61,456 bases of DNA from a bacterium (GCA_021831595.1 JAKBMK010000022.1:1-61456); one strand, 5' to 3'; positions 37,909 through 48,134 are shown, counted from the first letter of the stretch. The notes: a model not told the origin generated them from the sequence alone. Numbers and translations: made by a program.

Positions 37909-38688
37909 ATGAAAAAAACAATAACAATTTTAATTGTCATCGTTGTTGCTATCTTGGGAATAGTATTCTTGAAATATAATCCTGGTATATCTTCATTCAT
38001 TTGGAGTTTAAGTAATAGTGGTGCATGGCTTCTACCTCTTGTTCTTGTGTCAGCACTTCTTGATAGTGTTCACCCTTGTTCATTTTCAATCTTACTTATA
38101 ACGATTGCTTTCTTATTTGGAATGCAATTAACAAGAAAGAAAATTCTACAAATAGGTGGAATATATATTGCTGGAATATTCACAGCTTACTTCTTAATTG
38201 GTCTTGGAATACTAAAAGTTCTACATATCTTCAATACTCCGCACTTTATGGGCAAGCTTGGAGCTTCACTTTTGATTGCATTTGGATTGATTAATCTTTT
38301 AAGTTGGTTATTTCCAAAATTTCCAATCAAACTAAAAATTCCATCGGTGTCGCATACTGCGATGGGGAGACTCATGGAAAAAGCATCTTTCCCAGCAGCT
38401 TTCGGGCTTGGTTTACTTGTAGGTATTTGTCAGTTCCCATGTATGGGCGGACCATACCTAATGGTTATTGGTCTCTTAAAAGATCAGGTAACATATCTTT
38501 CTGGTTCTGGTTATCTACTTCTCTATAACTTAATCCTTATCATTCCTCTTGTTGCCGTACTATGGATATCCGCTGATAAATTAGTTGTAAACAAAATACA
38601 AGATTGGAAAAGAACAAATTTGAAAGGCTTAAAATTCTGGGCAGGTCTTGCCATGATTATTATTGGAATCCTAATCTTATTTATGTAA
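37909..38688 (+). CDS. ccdA: CcdA/DsbD-type thiol-disulfide electron transporter
   Basis: 259 aa and 6+ TM helices. Conserved Cys in SVHPCSFS and CQFPCMGGPY. Confidence 0.75.
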   Translation: MKKTITILIVIVVAILGIVFLKYNPGISSFIWSLSNSGAWLLPLVLVSALLDSVHPCSFSILLITIAFLFGMQLTRKKILQIGGIYIAGIFTAYFLIGLGILKVLHIFNTPHFMGKLGASLLIAFGLINLLSWLFPKFPIKLKIPSVSHTAMGRLMEKASFPAAFGLGLLVGICQFPCMGGPYLMVIGLLKDQVTYLSGSGYLLLYNLILIIPLVAVLWISADKLVVNKIQDWKRTNLKGLKFWAGLAMIIIGILILFM

Positions 38689-38691
38689 TTT

Positions 38692-39180
38692 ATGAACAAA
38701 CTAACAATTGATGAATTCTTAATTAAAATAGAAAGTTTAAAAGAAAATGCTGGTGTTGATTTATCAACTACTGAGGACTTGAGTCTTGCGGTTATGAATC
38801 TAATCAGTCTAGAAGAACATTTCTTTTTTACTGGCGTGAAATTAAATAAAGACGAATATTTTGAAACTTCAAATGAAATTCGAAATCTTCGTAAGGAATT
38901 ATTAAAAGAATTAATGCCAAATCATGAGGGAGAAACATGGTGTATATCAAAACACCTACTTTCCTCTACGATGAGGCTAATAGAAGTCGGCAATAAGCTC
39001 TCGTCTGAAAATAAAAAAGATGAAGCAAAAATAATGTTTGAACGTGCGTATAAAGTTTACTCGATATTTTGGGCTCTTAAATTAAAATTAATAGATGGTC
39101 AATTAATAAAAGATACAGCAAAAACAAGTTCTAATCTCGAGGACTTGGTTGGCAAATTAGCTGATTGCTGTAATGAATAA
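38692..39180 (+). CDS. hypothetical helical protein ending in CCNE
   Basis: 162-aa ORF starting 4 nt after ccdA. Confidence 0.5.
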   Translation: MNKLTIDEFLIKIESLKENAGVDLSTTEDLSLAVMNLISLEEHFFFTGVKLNKDEYFETSNEIRNLRKELLKELMPNHEGETWCISKHLLSSTMRLIEVGNKLSSENKKDEAKIMFERAYKVYSIFWALKLKLIDGQLIKDTAKTSSNLEDLVGKLADCCNE

Positions 39181-39187
39181 ATAATAT

Positions 39188-40219
39188 ATGGAACACGAAA
39201 ATCAAAACAATGCGTCTTTAGAAAATAAAGAAGAAATATCAAATCAATTACTTGAGGCTAAAGCAGTTAAAAAAGATCGTCTACTCTCTGCAAGTATTTT
39301 AATTTCTTCAATAATTTTAGGTGGAGCTTTAATCTACACAGTAGGACCTAAAAGCGGAACTGGGCAAAGTGCAAGTGCTGCAGGGCAACAAACACCTGTA
39401 TCAGATTTAGAAGGAAAAGTTTTACCAGCAAAGGGTGTAACATTACCTGCTGTCTGGGGTGATTTGGGTGTAAAATTAGTAGATGCTGGAGTTATAGATG
39501 CTGATAAATTTAAATCAATCTATGAACAAAGAGGTCAATTTACAGAAGAATACAGGAAATTACTTCTTGATCAGAATAACAAGAAAATAAAAATAACAAA
39601 AGAAAATTCAGGTTATATATTAAACTTGTTTTGGGCTCTTGGTTTAGCAAATAAAAATGAGATATTAGAAAAAGGAGAAATGGTGGACCCTCAATACGGT
39701 GGAGCGGGTAATTTTGCCTCAACTGGTGGTTGGACTATTGCCAAAGGTGGATCAATGGACCATTACAGTAAACATGCTTTCTTCACACTAACTTCAGAAC
39801 AACAAGCTCTTGTAGATAAAGTATCTCGTGGTATTTATCGACCATGTTGCGGTAATTCAGTCCATTTCCCTGATTGTAATCATGGAATGGCGATGCTAGG
39901 ACTTCTCGAATTAATGGCTTCACAAGGAGCTAGTGAGCAAGATATGTGGAATACAGCACTAACTGTCAATTCATACTGGTTCCCTGATACTTATCTAACA
40001 ATAGCTACTTACATGAAGAATAAGGGTATTGATTGGAAGAATGTAAATCCACAAGAGATGTTAAGTGCCGAATACTCTAGTTCAAGAGGATATGCCAACA
40101 TTGCTTCTCAAGTAAAAAAGCCCAATAGTCAAAGTGCTGGTGGAAGTGGTTGTGGTTTAGGTGATACAGGTGCGTCTGCCCCTGCTTCTCAAAGTCAGCA
40201 GACTGGTTGCGGGTTGTAG
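39188..40219 (+). CDS. membrane-anchored hypothetical protein with CC/C/H cluster and Cys-Gly tail
   Basis: 343 aa. One TM helix, RPCCGNSVHFPDCNHGMAM, and a tail ...GGSGCGLG...QQTGCGL. Confidence 0.5.
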   Translation: MEHENQNNASLENKEEISNQLLEAKAVKKDRLLSASILISSIILGGALIYTVGPKSGTGQSASAAGQQTPVSDLEGKVLPAKGVTLPAVWGDLGVKLVDAGVIDADKFKSIYEQRGQFTEEYRKLLLDQNNKKIKITKENSGYILNLFWALGLANKNEILEKGEMVDPQYGGAGNFASTGGWTIAKGGSMDHYSKHAFFTLTSEQQALVDKVSRGIYRPCCGNSVHFPDCNHGMAMLGLLELMASQGASEQDMWNTALTVNSYWFPDTYLTIATYMKNKGIDWKNVNPQEMLSAEYSSSRGYANIASQVKKPNSQSAGGSGCGLGDTGASAPASQSQQTGCGL

Positions 40220-40235
40220 TTAAATACATTGATTT

Positions 40236-40469
40236 ATGAAAGAAAAAATAATTCATCAGCTTAAGATTGAAGAAAACAAGATTAAAAAAATAATTAAAGC
40301 AATTGATAGTAATAAATGTATAGATGATGTTCTGGTTCATATAAGTGATGCCAAGAAAACATTATTAACTATCAGATGTATGATTTTACAAGAATACTTA
40401 CTTAAGGTTGCTAAACAAAATAATTTTCCAAAAAGACAAGTTCTCAAATATTATAAATTAACAAATTAA
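40236..40469 (+). CDS. CsoR/RcnR-family (DUF156-like) metal-sensing repressor, divergent ligand set
   Basis: 77 aa. Helical L..I..Q...I...I......C.D.L.....A...L pattern. It has Cys28 and Cys48 but not the canonical C-H-C spacing. Confidence 0.5.
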   Translation: MKEKIIHQLKIEENKIKKIIKAIDSNKCIDDVLVHISDAKKTLLTIRCMILQEYLLKVAKQNNFPKRQVLKYYKLTN

Positions 40470-40487
40470 ATATGAAAAAACATTAAA

Positions 40488-42251
40488 ATGAATGAATTTA
40501 TAAAAAATCAAAAACTAAAAAAAGTAAGACTTAAGGTTCATGGTATGCACTGTGCAAGCTGTGAAGTCTTAATCGAACGAAAATTCAAAAATGTTTCTGG
40601 GATAGAAAAAGTTAACATTAATCACGCAAGTGGACATGCTGAACTTATCTGTTCACAAGATCCAGATATAAAGCAACTAAATAATTTAGTTAACAAAGAA
40701 GGTTATCATGTTTCGTCGTGGGAAGACCGCAATGAAAGCATTCCAGATATCACACAAAAAAACACCAAAACAGATTATTTACAAATGGGATGGATCTTTC
40801 TTATAATTGTTTCCATATATTTTATATTGAAACAATTTGATTTTCTGCCAAGTATTTCTGTTGATGGAAGTATGAGTTATGGTGTGATATTTATTATTGG
40901 GTTAGTGGCTGCTGTTTCATCTTGCATAGCGGTTGTAGGAGGATTATTGCTGGCACTTGCAGAAAAGTATAATCAATCTCATCCAAACCTGACTGGAATT
41001 CAGAAATTTAAACCTCATATATACTTCAACATTGGACGTGTTCTAGGATATACAGTGTTCGGTGCTTTGGTTGGTGCCCTAGGGTCAGTATTTACTATAT
41101 CTCCCAGAGTTAATGGATTCCTGATGATATTTGTAAGTGCTATTATGCTCCTGCTGGGATTTCAATTACTACATCTTTTCCCTGGGTTGAGAAGATTTAG
41201 TCCAAGAATGCCAAAATTTATCAGTCATAAAATCCATGATCTTAGTGGAAAAGATAGTAAAAGTGCACCAATGACACTCGGTGCTTTAACATTCTTTCTG
41301 CCTTGTGGATTTACTCAGGCATTACAGTTATATGTTTTAGCTAGTGGTGACTGGAAGATAGGAGCTTTAACAATGCTTGTGTTCTCGCTAGGAACTCTAC
41401 CAGCTTTAATTTCACTTAGTGCTGTTTCAAGTTTCGCAAAGGGTGTATTTCAAAAACACTTCCTTAAATTTGCTGGTGTCCTTGTAGTTATGCTCGCACT
41501 ATTTAATATAAATAATGGGCTAACTCTTGCTGGGTATAATTTTAATCCAGCCGAAATTTTTGCTTCAAAATCAAGTAATGCAGAAAGTTCTGGTATACCT
41601 AAAGCAGAGATAGTAGATGGAAAACAAATTGTCAGAATGAAAGTCAGTGGTTACACTTATACCCCTAATAAATTTACAGTTGTTGAAGGTATCCCCGTTG
41701 AATGGCAAATTGATGGAGCTTCAGCTGCTGGTTGTGGAAAAGTAGTTGTCATGCCTTCTTTAGGATTAAGTAAATATCTGTCACCTGAGGGTATAACTAC
41801 GATAAACTTTACCCCCACACAAACAGGAACAATCCCATTTAATTGTAGTATGGGAATGATGACTCGTGGCTCTCAATTTACAGTAGTTCCGAATACTACT
41901 GGAGTCGTTGGTGCAAAAATAGAAACTCCAGCTGAAACATCAACACCTACGTGTGATCCTTCTGTTTCAAAATGTCCAGACACTCAGAAACTCTCCATTG
42001 AAGTTTCTCAAGAAAAAGGTGTTTACCCTAGATCGTTAACTGCCAAAAAGGGAGTACCGATTGAATTAACAATAAATAATAAAGTTGCACTTGGTGGCTG
42101 TATGTCTATATGGGTAATACCAGAATATGATATTACTATGCCAATGAAAATTGGTGTTATTAAGAACACTTTTACACCAACAGAAACTGGTGTCTTAAAT
42201 ATTACTTGTAGTATGGGATCAAAAATGGCCGAAATTATTATTAAAGATTAA
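40488..42251 (+). CDS. HMA domain + DsbD_2/TauE-like membrane domain + two cupredoxin-like domains
   Basis: 587 aa. VHGMHCASCEV (HMA), FFLPCGFTQA in the membrane core, and two C-terminal beta domains ending in NCSMG / TCSMG. Confidence 0.65.
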   Translation: MNEFIKNQKLKKVRLKVHGMHCASCEVLIERKFKNVSGIEKVNINHASGHAELICSQDPDIKQLNNLVNKEGYHVSSWEDRNESIPDITQKNTKTDYLQMGWIFLIIVSIYFILKQFDFLPSISVDGSMSYGVIFIIGLVAAVSSCIAVVGGLLLALAEKYNQSHPNLTGIQKFKPHIYFNIGRVLGYTVFGALVGALGSVFTISPRVNGFLMIFVSAIMLLLGFQLLHLFPGLRRFSPRMPKFISHKIHDLSGKDSKSAPMTLGALTFFLPCGFTQALQLYVLASGDWKIGALTMLVFSLGTLPALISLSAVSSFAKGVFQKHFLKFAGVLVVMLALFNINNGLTLAGYNFNPAEIFASKSSNAESSGIPKAEIVDGKQIVRMKVSGYTYTPNKFTVVEGIPVEWQIDGASAAGCGKVVVMPSLGLSKYLSPEGITTINFTPTQTGTIPFNCSMGMMTRGSQFTVVPNTTGVVGAKIETPAETSTPTCDPSVSKCPDTQKLSIEVSQEKGVYPRSLTAKKGVPIELTINNKVALGGCMSIWVIPEYDITMPMKIGVIKNTFTPTETGVLNITCSMGSKMAEIIIKD

Positions 42252-42257
42252 ACATAT

Positions 42258-42578
42258 ATGAAATTATCACAAAGTTTGAAAGTTTTGATAGGAATAGGAT
42301 TCTTGATATTACTCGCATATATCTTAATTCCTAATTTTGCCAAATTTTCATGGATTCTATTAGTTTTAGTTTGTCCTCTTTCTATGATTTTTATGATGAA
42401 AACAATGGGTCATAATCATGGAGGAACAGAGAAAGTTTTTGTTTGTCCAGAATGCGGTTCATCTTATGAAGACGCAATGTCAGCAAGAAAATGTGCAAAC
42501 ATGTGCAAGGAAGAAAATGGTCGTAATTCAAAAATTATTAGCCCTCAAAGAAATAAAAATGAAAACAACTGTCATTAA
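42258..42578 (+). CDS. DUF2933-like small membrane protein with C-terminal Zn-ribbon
   Basis: 106 aa. LVCPLSMIFMMKTMGHNHGG, then CPEC...CANMC. Confidence 0.45.
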   Translation: MKLSQSLKVLIGIGFLILLAYILIPNFAKFSWILLVLVCPLSMIFMMKTMGHNHGGTEKVFVCPECGSSYEDAMSARKCANMCKEENGRNSKIISPQRNKNENNCH

Positions 42579-42771
42579 AATAAATGGTATTCACTGCAAG
42601 TCTTGCAAAATATTAATAGAAGATGTTTGTAAAGATATTAAAGGAGTTAAATCGTGCTGTGTCGATGTTCAAACAGGAAAAACATTACTAGAATATGATG
42701 AAAATTTTGACTTTGCTGTGTTTAAAAAAGAGGTTGAAGGTTTAGGTCAATACAAAATAGAAATTAACTAA
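42559..42771 (+). CDS. copZ: copper chaperone CopZ-like HMA protein
   Basis: ORF 42418 trimmed to [21 protein letters not shown] (MxCxxC). 70 aa. Confidence 0.75.
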   Translation: MKTTVIKINGIHCKSCKILIEDVCKDIKGVKSCCVDVQTGKTLLEYDENFDFAVFKKEVEGLGQYKIEIN

Positions 42772-42772
42772 T

Positions 42773-45700
42773 ATGAATACAAATAAATTGACCTTCTTGA
42801 TAGAAGGAATGCATTGCGGTTCTTGTGAGATAATAATTAAAAATGAATTATCGGAATTACCAGGGGTAAGTAATATCTTGGTTGATTCTAAGTCAGGTTC
42901 TGCGGAGTTAACTCTTGATAGTTCAAAAAATAACATTGAAGATGTTGTTTTAGCAATAAAACAAGCTGGATATAATGCCGAACTTCAATCTGAATTAAAA
43001 ACTGAAGAAAATGAAAAGGATATAACAATCTCTACGAATTATGGAGATAGTAAAGAACCATTAAAAATTAAATTAGAATCTAAAATCTTAGCAGAGGGAA
43101 AAGTTTTGGAAGATGGTAATGGCAAAACATATTTTGATGGAGTTATTAAAAATAATCGTTCGGCAGAATTTATAATTCCAGAAAATTCTCTTGAAGTAGA
43201 TAAGTTAGTCGGACAGTTGAGTAAAACAACTACCATTGCTAGATTGTTTGATATAGTTTCAGGCGAAAATCACAAAAATGAAAATCTTAAAAAATCCTTA
43301 CCTGAAAATAAATTCAATGAAGCAACACCAGAGCTTGTTGTCACTGAAAATAATTCTAATCAAAGAATAAGTTTGTCCCTTTTTGGAATGCATTGTTCAT
43401 CATGTGCAAATATTATTGAACGATCTTTAAAAAAGGTGTCGGGAGTCAAGCAGGCTAATGTTAACTTTGCCGCAGAAAAAGCAAGTATAGTTTATGATCA
43501 ATCTCAGGCAACCACGCAGAATTTAATTGATGCTATAGGTAAGGCTGGCTATAAGGCAGAATTAGTTGATTCGAAAGATGGAGATTATGAACGCAAAAAA
43601 CGCGAGAAACAAACTAATTTGTTCTTTAAATTATTTTGGTATAGTTTTGCTTTGAGTGTGCCAATGTTGTACTTCATGTTGCTAGATTTCTTTGCTATAC
43701 CTGGAAAAACAGCGGTCTTGCCTTATGTTGGCATTATTTCTCTTATACTAACTATCCCAATTCAATTTATAATTGGATCAGGGTTTTATAAAGGAATGTG
43801 GTCATCTCTTAAGATGAAAACATTTAATATGGACAGTTTGATTGCTATTGGTACATCTACAGCTTTCTTTTACAGTCTATTTAATTTTATAAATTATTTT
43901 GTAAAAACTGGATCATTGATAGGTCTTAATGGAAAAATTCCAGAGTTATATTTTGAAACAGCAGCATTCTTGATTACATTTGTTATTCTTGGAAAATGGC
44001 TTGAAATACGAACTAAAAGTAAAACAGGAGATGCTATCAAAAAGCTTATGGGCTTGCAGGCTAAAACTGCACGGGTAATTAGAAACGGAGTTACTGTTGA
44101 TGTTCCAGTTGAAGATGTAATACACGGTGATATTATTATGGTTCGCCCTGGTGAAAAAATACCAGTAGATGGAAAAATAACAAAAGGAATATCTGCAATA
44201 GATGAATCCATGATTACAGGTGAAAGTCTACCTGTCGAAAAGAAAATTGGAGATAATGTAATTGGAAGTACTGTAAACAAAACAGGTAGTTTTGAATTTG
44301 AAGCTACCAAAGTAGGAAGTGAAACAGCTTTAGCTCAAATTATTCGATTAATCGAAGATGCCCAAGGATCAAAGGCACCAATTCAAGGATTTTCAGACAG
44401 AATATCTGCGGTCTTTGTGCCAATAGTTATTGGTATTGCAATACTAACTTTCGTAGTTTGGTATTTGTTTTTAGGATCAACATTAGCTTTTGCATTAATG
44501 GCATTTACTGCTGTGATTGTAATTGCTTGCCCTTGTGCTCTAGGTTTAGCCACACCTACATCGTTAATGGTTGGTACAGGTAAAGGGGCTGAATACGGTA
44601 TTTTAATAAAAGGTGGTGAGCCATTGGAAGCGGCTTGTCATATAAATACTGTTGTGTTTGATAAAACTGGTACATTAACAAAAGGTAAACCAGAAGTTAC
44701 TGATATTATTTCCTTTGAAAGCACAGATGAAGATGAAATATTAACTATTTCTGCTAGTTTAGAAAGGCTATCAGAACATCCTTTGGCGGAAGCAATTTAC
44801 ACTTATGCAAATGAAGAATCAGTGAGTCTAGATGAAGTTAAAGATTTTTCAGCTATTCCAGGACATGGAGTAAAAGGTATAATCGATAATACTGAATATT
44901 ATTTTGGAAATCGTCGTTTGATTACAGAAATCCTTGGCCTTTCGATTAGTAAAGTTGATCGCAAGTTAACTAAGCTAGAGGAACAAGGAAAAACCGCGAT
45001 GATTCTAGCTACTAAAGAAAAAATATTAGGTGCTGTTGCTGTTGCTGATACAGTCAAACCTACTTCTTTTGAGGCGGTTGCTAAGTTGAAAAAAATGGGC
45101 ATCACAGTATATATGATTACTGGTGATAATGAACGGACAGCTAGAGCAATTGCTTCTCAAGTTGGAATTGAAAATGTTTTAGCTGAAGTATTGCCAGAAG
45201 ACAAAGCAAATGAAGTTAAAAAACTCCAACAAAATAACAATAAAGTTGCGATGGTTGGAGATGGTATTAATGATGCTCCAGCTCTTGCACAGGCGAATCT
45301 TGGTATAGCCATGGGTTCTGGTACAGATGTGGCTATGGAGACAGGAGGTATCGTGATCATGAAGAATGATTTAAACGATGTTGTCACTGCATTTCAATTA
45401 TCACGAGAAACAATGTGGAAGATTAAACAAAATATGTTTTTTGCATTATTCTATAACATAATTGGAATACCTATTGCAGCCCGTATATTTATAGGTTTTG
45501 GGTTAGTCTTAAAACCTGAGTTAGCTGGACTTGCAATGGCATTAAGTTCAATTTCAGTAGTTGGTAATTCACTATTATTAAAATACTTTAAACCAAACAA
45601 GAGAAACTATATTTCCTTAGTTGCTCCACTTGTGATGGTTATTGTATTCACGTTCGGTTTTATAGAATTTGCTAAATTAAGTTCAGGAATGGAAAACGAA

Positions 45701-46468
45701 GGACCTAAAACAATGGTATCTATTGAAGGAGCATCAACGCTCAATACGTTTATAGCTAATGGACAGACTAAGATAAATTTTGCCGAAGGCAATCCTAAAT
45801 TGTTTTTAGGGGCAGATAGTATGCCTGGTATGTTGAAAGCTAATCAAGGTACTTTAATTATTGGTGATAATGAAATTGTGATTGGTTATGACGAAGCAAT
45901 GATGATGATAAAAGAGAATCTAATTAAAGGACCAGGCGATGTATTAAACAATTTCTTTGGTCTACCTTCTGTAAAAATTGTAGGAATTATTGAACCTACT
46001 GGAACATTGATTGATAGCTATCATTTCGTAAACAATGCAACACTAGCTAACCTGACAAGTAGTGCTACGGTTAAGCATGTCGCAGAAAAAGAGATTATAA
46101 AGAGTTTCTATTTTGATGTAGCTCCTGTTGCTCCGTTAATAGAAGTTACTGATTGGTACGGAGTAAAAACATTCATTAAAGATCCAAAATTTACTTTTGA
46201 TGTAAACAATATTCCGACCCCAGAAAAACTAAAGAATAATATTCAAGGATTTAGTGAAATATCCTTGGGTGATAAAAAATATTTACCTGTGTATATCGGG
46301 TTTAGTGAGGCGAAAATGATGATAGACGCTAAATTGTTTACAAAAGCTGGTGATACGATTGAGAATTTCTTTGGTAACAATGTAATGATTGCGGGAATAT
46401 TGCCAGAAACTAAAACTAGTCTTGATACCATGCATTTTGTTGGACAAGGGTTTGAATTAGTAAAATAA
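42773..46468 (+). CDS. copA: Cu(I)-type P1B-1 ATPase CopA with two HMA domains and a ~400-aa C-terminal extension
   Basis: 1231 aa. GMHCGSC and GMHCSSC; [10 protein letters not shown]; YFETAA; YNIIGIP; MALSSISVV; DKTGTLT; GDGINDAP. An extra TM helix and a duplicated domain follow the ATPase core. Confidence 0.92.
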   Translation: MNTNKLTFLIEGMHCGSCEIIIKNELSELPGVSNILVDSKSGSAELTLDSSKNNIEDVVLAIKQAGYNAELQSELKTEENEKDITISTNYGDSKEPLKIKLESKILAEGKVLEDGNGKTYFDGVIKNNRSAEFIIPENSLEVDKLVGQLSKTTTIARLFDIVSGENHKNENLKKSLPENKFNEATPELVVTENNSNQRISLSLFGMHCSSCANIIERSLKKVSGVKQANVNFAAEKASIVYDQSQATTQNLIDAIGKAGYKAELVDSKDGDYERKKREKQTNLFFKLFWYSFALSVPMLYFMLLDFFAIPGKTAVLPYVGIISLILTIPIQFIIGSGFYKGMWSSLKMKTFNMDSLIAIGTSTAFFYSLFNFINYFVKTGSLIGLNGKIPELYFETAAFLITFVILGKWLEIRTKSKTGDAIKKLMGLQAKTARVIRNGVTVDVPVEDVIHGDIIMVRPGEKIPVDGKITKGISAIDESMITGESLPVEKKIGDNVIGSTVNKTGSFEFEATKVGSETALAQIIRLIEDAQGSKAPIQGFSDRISAVFVPIVIGIAILTFVVWYLFLGSTLAFALMAFTAVIVIACPCALGLATPTSLMVGTGKGAEYGILIKGGEPLEAACHINTVVFDKTGTLTKGKPEVTDIISFESTDEDEILTISASLERLSEHPLAEAIYTYANEESVSLDEVKDFSAIPGHGVKGIIDNTEYYFGNRRLITEILGLSISKVDRKLTKLEEQGKTAMILATKEKILGAVAVADTVKPTSFEAVAKLKKMGITVYMITGDNERTARAIASQVGIENVLAEVLPEDKANEVKKLQQNNNKVAMVGDGINDAPALAQANLGIAMGSGTDVAMETGGIVIMKNDLNDVVTAFQLSRETMWKIKQNMFFALFYNIIGIPIAARIFIGFGLVLKPELAGLAMALSSISVVGNSLLLKYFKPNKRNYISLVAPLVMVIVFTFGFIEFAKLSSGMENEGPKTMVSIEGASTLNTFIANGQTKINFAEGNPKLFLGADSMPGMLKANQGTLIIGDNEIVIGYDEAMMMIKENLIKGPGDVLNNFFGLPSVKIVGIIEPTGTLIDSYHFVNNATLANLTSSATVKHVAEKEIIKSFYFDVAPVAPLIEVTDWYGVKTFIKDPKFTFDVNNIPTPEKLKNNIQGFSEISLGDKKYLPVYIGFSEAKMMIDAKLFTKAGDTIENFFGNNVMIAGILPETKTSLDTMHFVGQGFELVK

Positions 46469-46491
46469 ATTAACAAAATAAATATAAAGAT

Positions 46492-46893
46492 ATGAACAAA
46501 AAAATTGTTTTTTCACTAATTGGAGTTGTAATAATTGGATTATCTATTTTTCTATTGAGAGGTAATAATATTGTGCCTTCAATTAAAGTTAATGATCAAC
46601 TTATTTCCAATGAAAGTGTTGTGGTAGAAAGTGTGACTGCTGTAGCCCCTAGCTGGCTCGTTATACAGACAGAAACCAACGGAATACAAGGTCCCGTAAT
46701 CGGATATACTAAAATTGTTAAAGGTGAAAATAAAAATGTCAGTGTAAAAATTGATTCAAGTAAAAAAACACCTAAGCTCTTCGCTATGATACATGAAGAT
46801 AATGGTGAAAAAAATAAGCTTGATTTCCCTGATAATGACATGCCATTACTATATAACGGTGAGATGGTCCTCCAATTATTTTCTGTTGAATAA
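46492..46893 (+). CDS. secreted hypothetical beta protein
   Basis: 133-aa ORF with a signal anchor. Confidence 0.5.
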   Translation: MNKKIVFSLIGVVIIGLSIFLLRGNNIVPSIKVNDQLISNESVVVESVTAVAPSWLVIQTETNGIQGPVIGYTKIVKGENKNVSVKIDSSKKTPKLFAMIHEDNGEKNKLDFPDNDMPLLYNGEMVLQLFSVE

Positions 46894-46944
46894 TAGTTTC
46901 AAAGTATTATAATTAATACATTAAAAGATTAAACGTATAATTAA

Positions 46945-47166
46945 ATGAAATTATCAAAATTATTACATGTAGCCAGTGTTATAGTGGGAGTAATTGGAAT
47001 TATTGTGTTTATAAGTGCTGTTTTTGGAGGGTCTGATAATGTTGTGTTTGGAATAACTAAGTTTGATGCTTTGGTTTGTGCTGGAATAATTATTCTTATT
47101 GCAATATGGCTTGGAATAGGAACAATTCATCATGTAATAATAGAACAAAAAGGAGGAATTCTTTAA
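46945..47166 (+). CDS. small 2-TM hypothetical protein
   Basis: 73-aa ORF, hydrophobic. Confidence 0.4.
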   Translation: MKLSKLLHVASVIVGVIGIIVFISAVFGGSDNVVFGITKFDALVCAGIIILIAIWLGIGTIHHVIIEQKGGIL

Positions 47167-47203
47167 TTTCGAAGATAGCGCTAGAGAAGTCTGTTTATCA
47201 CTT

Positions 47204-47229
47204 AAAAAACGCCCCTAGGGGCGTTTTTT
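47204..47229. terminator. bidirectional terminator
   Basis: AAAAAA-CGCCCC-ta-GGGGCG-TTTTTT. Confidence 0.75.
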
Positions 47230-47338
47230 AAGTAATAGTGCTATATAATATTTATACCCCCATATACATGCTTGTAAGTAACACATTATTTTATGGACCT
47301 TATAGCTTTGTGGGTCACCAAAACTAACAGGTTGTCAA

Positions 47339-47354
47339 TGCGGAGGCGGTGAGA
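47339..47354. repeat. proximal copy of the 16-nt att repeat (inside the tRNA-Ser 3' end)
   Basis: TGCGGAGGCGGTGAGA is identical to 15388-15403. Confidence 0.7.
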
Positions 47355-47427
47355 TTCGAACTCACGGAACCGATTAAGGTTCGACGGTTTAGTAAACCGT
47401 TGATTTAAACCACTCATCCACGCCTCC
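47341..47427 (-). tRNA. type II tRNA-Ser, anticodon ACU as read by hand (A34)
   Basis: GGAGGCG-TG-GAT..ATC-A-ACGGT-TTACTAA-ACCGT, a long variable arm (GAACC/GGTTC), GTGAG-TTCGAAT-CTCAC, CGCCTCC, and discriminator G. Confidence 0.75.
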
Positions 47428-47524
47428 TACTTTATCTATATCTAACTTTGCTTATATTAGCATATTTATTTTAATAATAAAATGTTATTGAGAAATAAGC
47501 TCAATTGTGCTATTTTGATTATAC

Positions 47525-47611
47525 GGAGCCATGGGAGAGTGGTTTAATCTACCTCTTTGCTAAAGAGGCGGGGAGTAATTTCCCCCGCTGGTTCGAATCC
47601 AGCTGGCTCCG
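47525..47611 (+). tRNA. type II tRNA-Ser(GCU)
   Basis: GGAGCCA...CCTCT-TTGCTAA-AGAGG, variable arm GGGGA/TCCCC, GCTGG-TTCGAAT-CCAGC, TGGCTCC, and discriminator G. Confidence 0.85.
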
Positions 47612-47620
47612 CAAAAATAA

Positions 47621-47651
47621 AAATCCAATAACGTCTGACGTCATTGGATTT
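47621..47651. terminator. bidirectional hairpin after the tRNA and after the GtrA-like gene
   Basis: AAATCCAATaACG-tctga-CGTcATTGGATTT. Confidence 0.55.
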
Positions 47652-48039
47652 TCTGTGCGATGAATATGTACCTAGATATGAAATAACTTGGGAAAGACAA
47701 TATGCTGGTCAGAATTATCTGAGAGACAATATATCGTATATGCAAGTATTCTACTAGAACATACAAGAGCCCTGTATTTGTCAGTAAATATAGTATTGAG
47801 AGTATTAAATATAAAAGTATTTGCTTTTCTATCACCTTAATACTTTTATTTTCAAATACCCAAATCTTTTTCAAGACAAATCCGAGGACATCGGTAAGGA
47901 TAAACGTTATCACCGCTGACAATATATACCAAAGCCCTACATATTCAGTAAGACTATATAAGGTCACAAAGCCAAAGATGATACCTACTCCCCCACTGAT
48001 ACAGAATCGCACTACTTTTAGAGCACTTTCTTTATTCAC
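47641..48039 (-). CDS. GtrA-family membrane protein
   Basis: 132 aa and 4 TM helices. VRFCISGGVG... is a GtrA-like N-terminus. Confidence 0.65.
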   Translation of the reverse strand: MNKESALKVVRFCISGGVGIIFGFVTLYSLTEYVGLWYILSAVITFILTDVLGFVLKKIWVFENKSIKVIEKQILLYLILSILYLLTNTGLLYVLVEYLHIRYIVSQIILTSILSFPSYFISRYIFIAQKIQ

Positions 48040-48134
48040 TTTTCTACTTTTTTCTTCATACTATATAAAGAATGACAATAAAGCAAATACCGTAATATTT
48101 TTAAAAATAGTCATTTTTTGGTATAATACCTCTC

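Larger units (their letters stand above)
15388..47354. mobile_element. putative ~32-kb composite genomic island integrated at the 3' end of tRNA-Ser
   Basis: A 16-nt direct repeat of the tRNA 3' end lies at both borders. Cargo: methyltransferases, a serine recombinase and metal resistance genes. Confidence 0.6.

Noticed and set aside
47250-47270. TATACCCCCATATACATG as a second full CsoR operator at the island end.
   Set aside because: Only one half site (TATACCCCC) is present and there is no matching G-tract arm. It is mentioned only as a degenerate copy.
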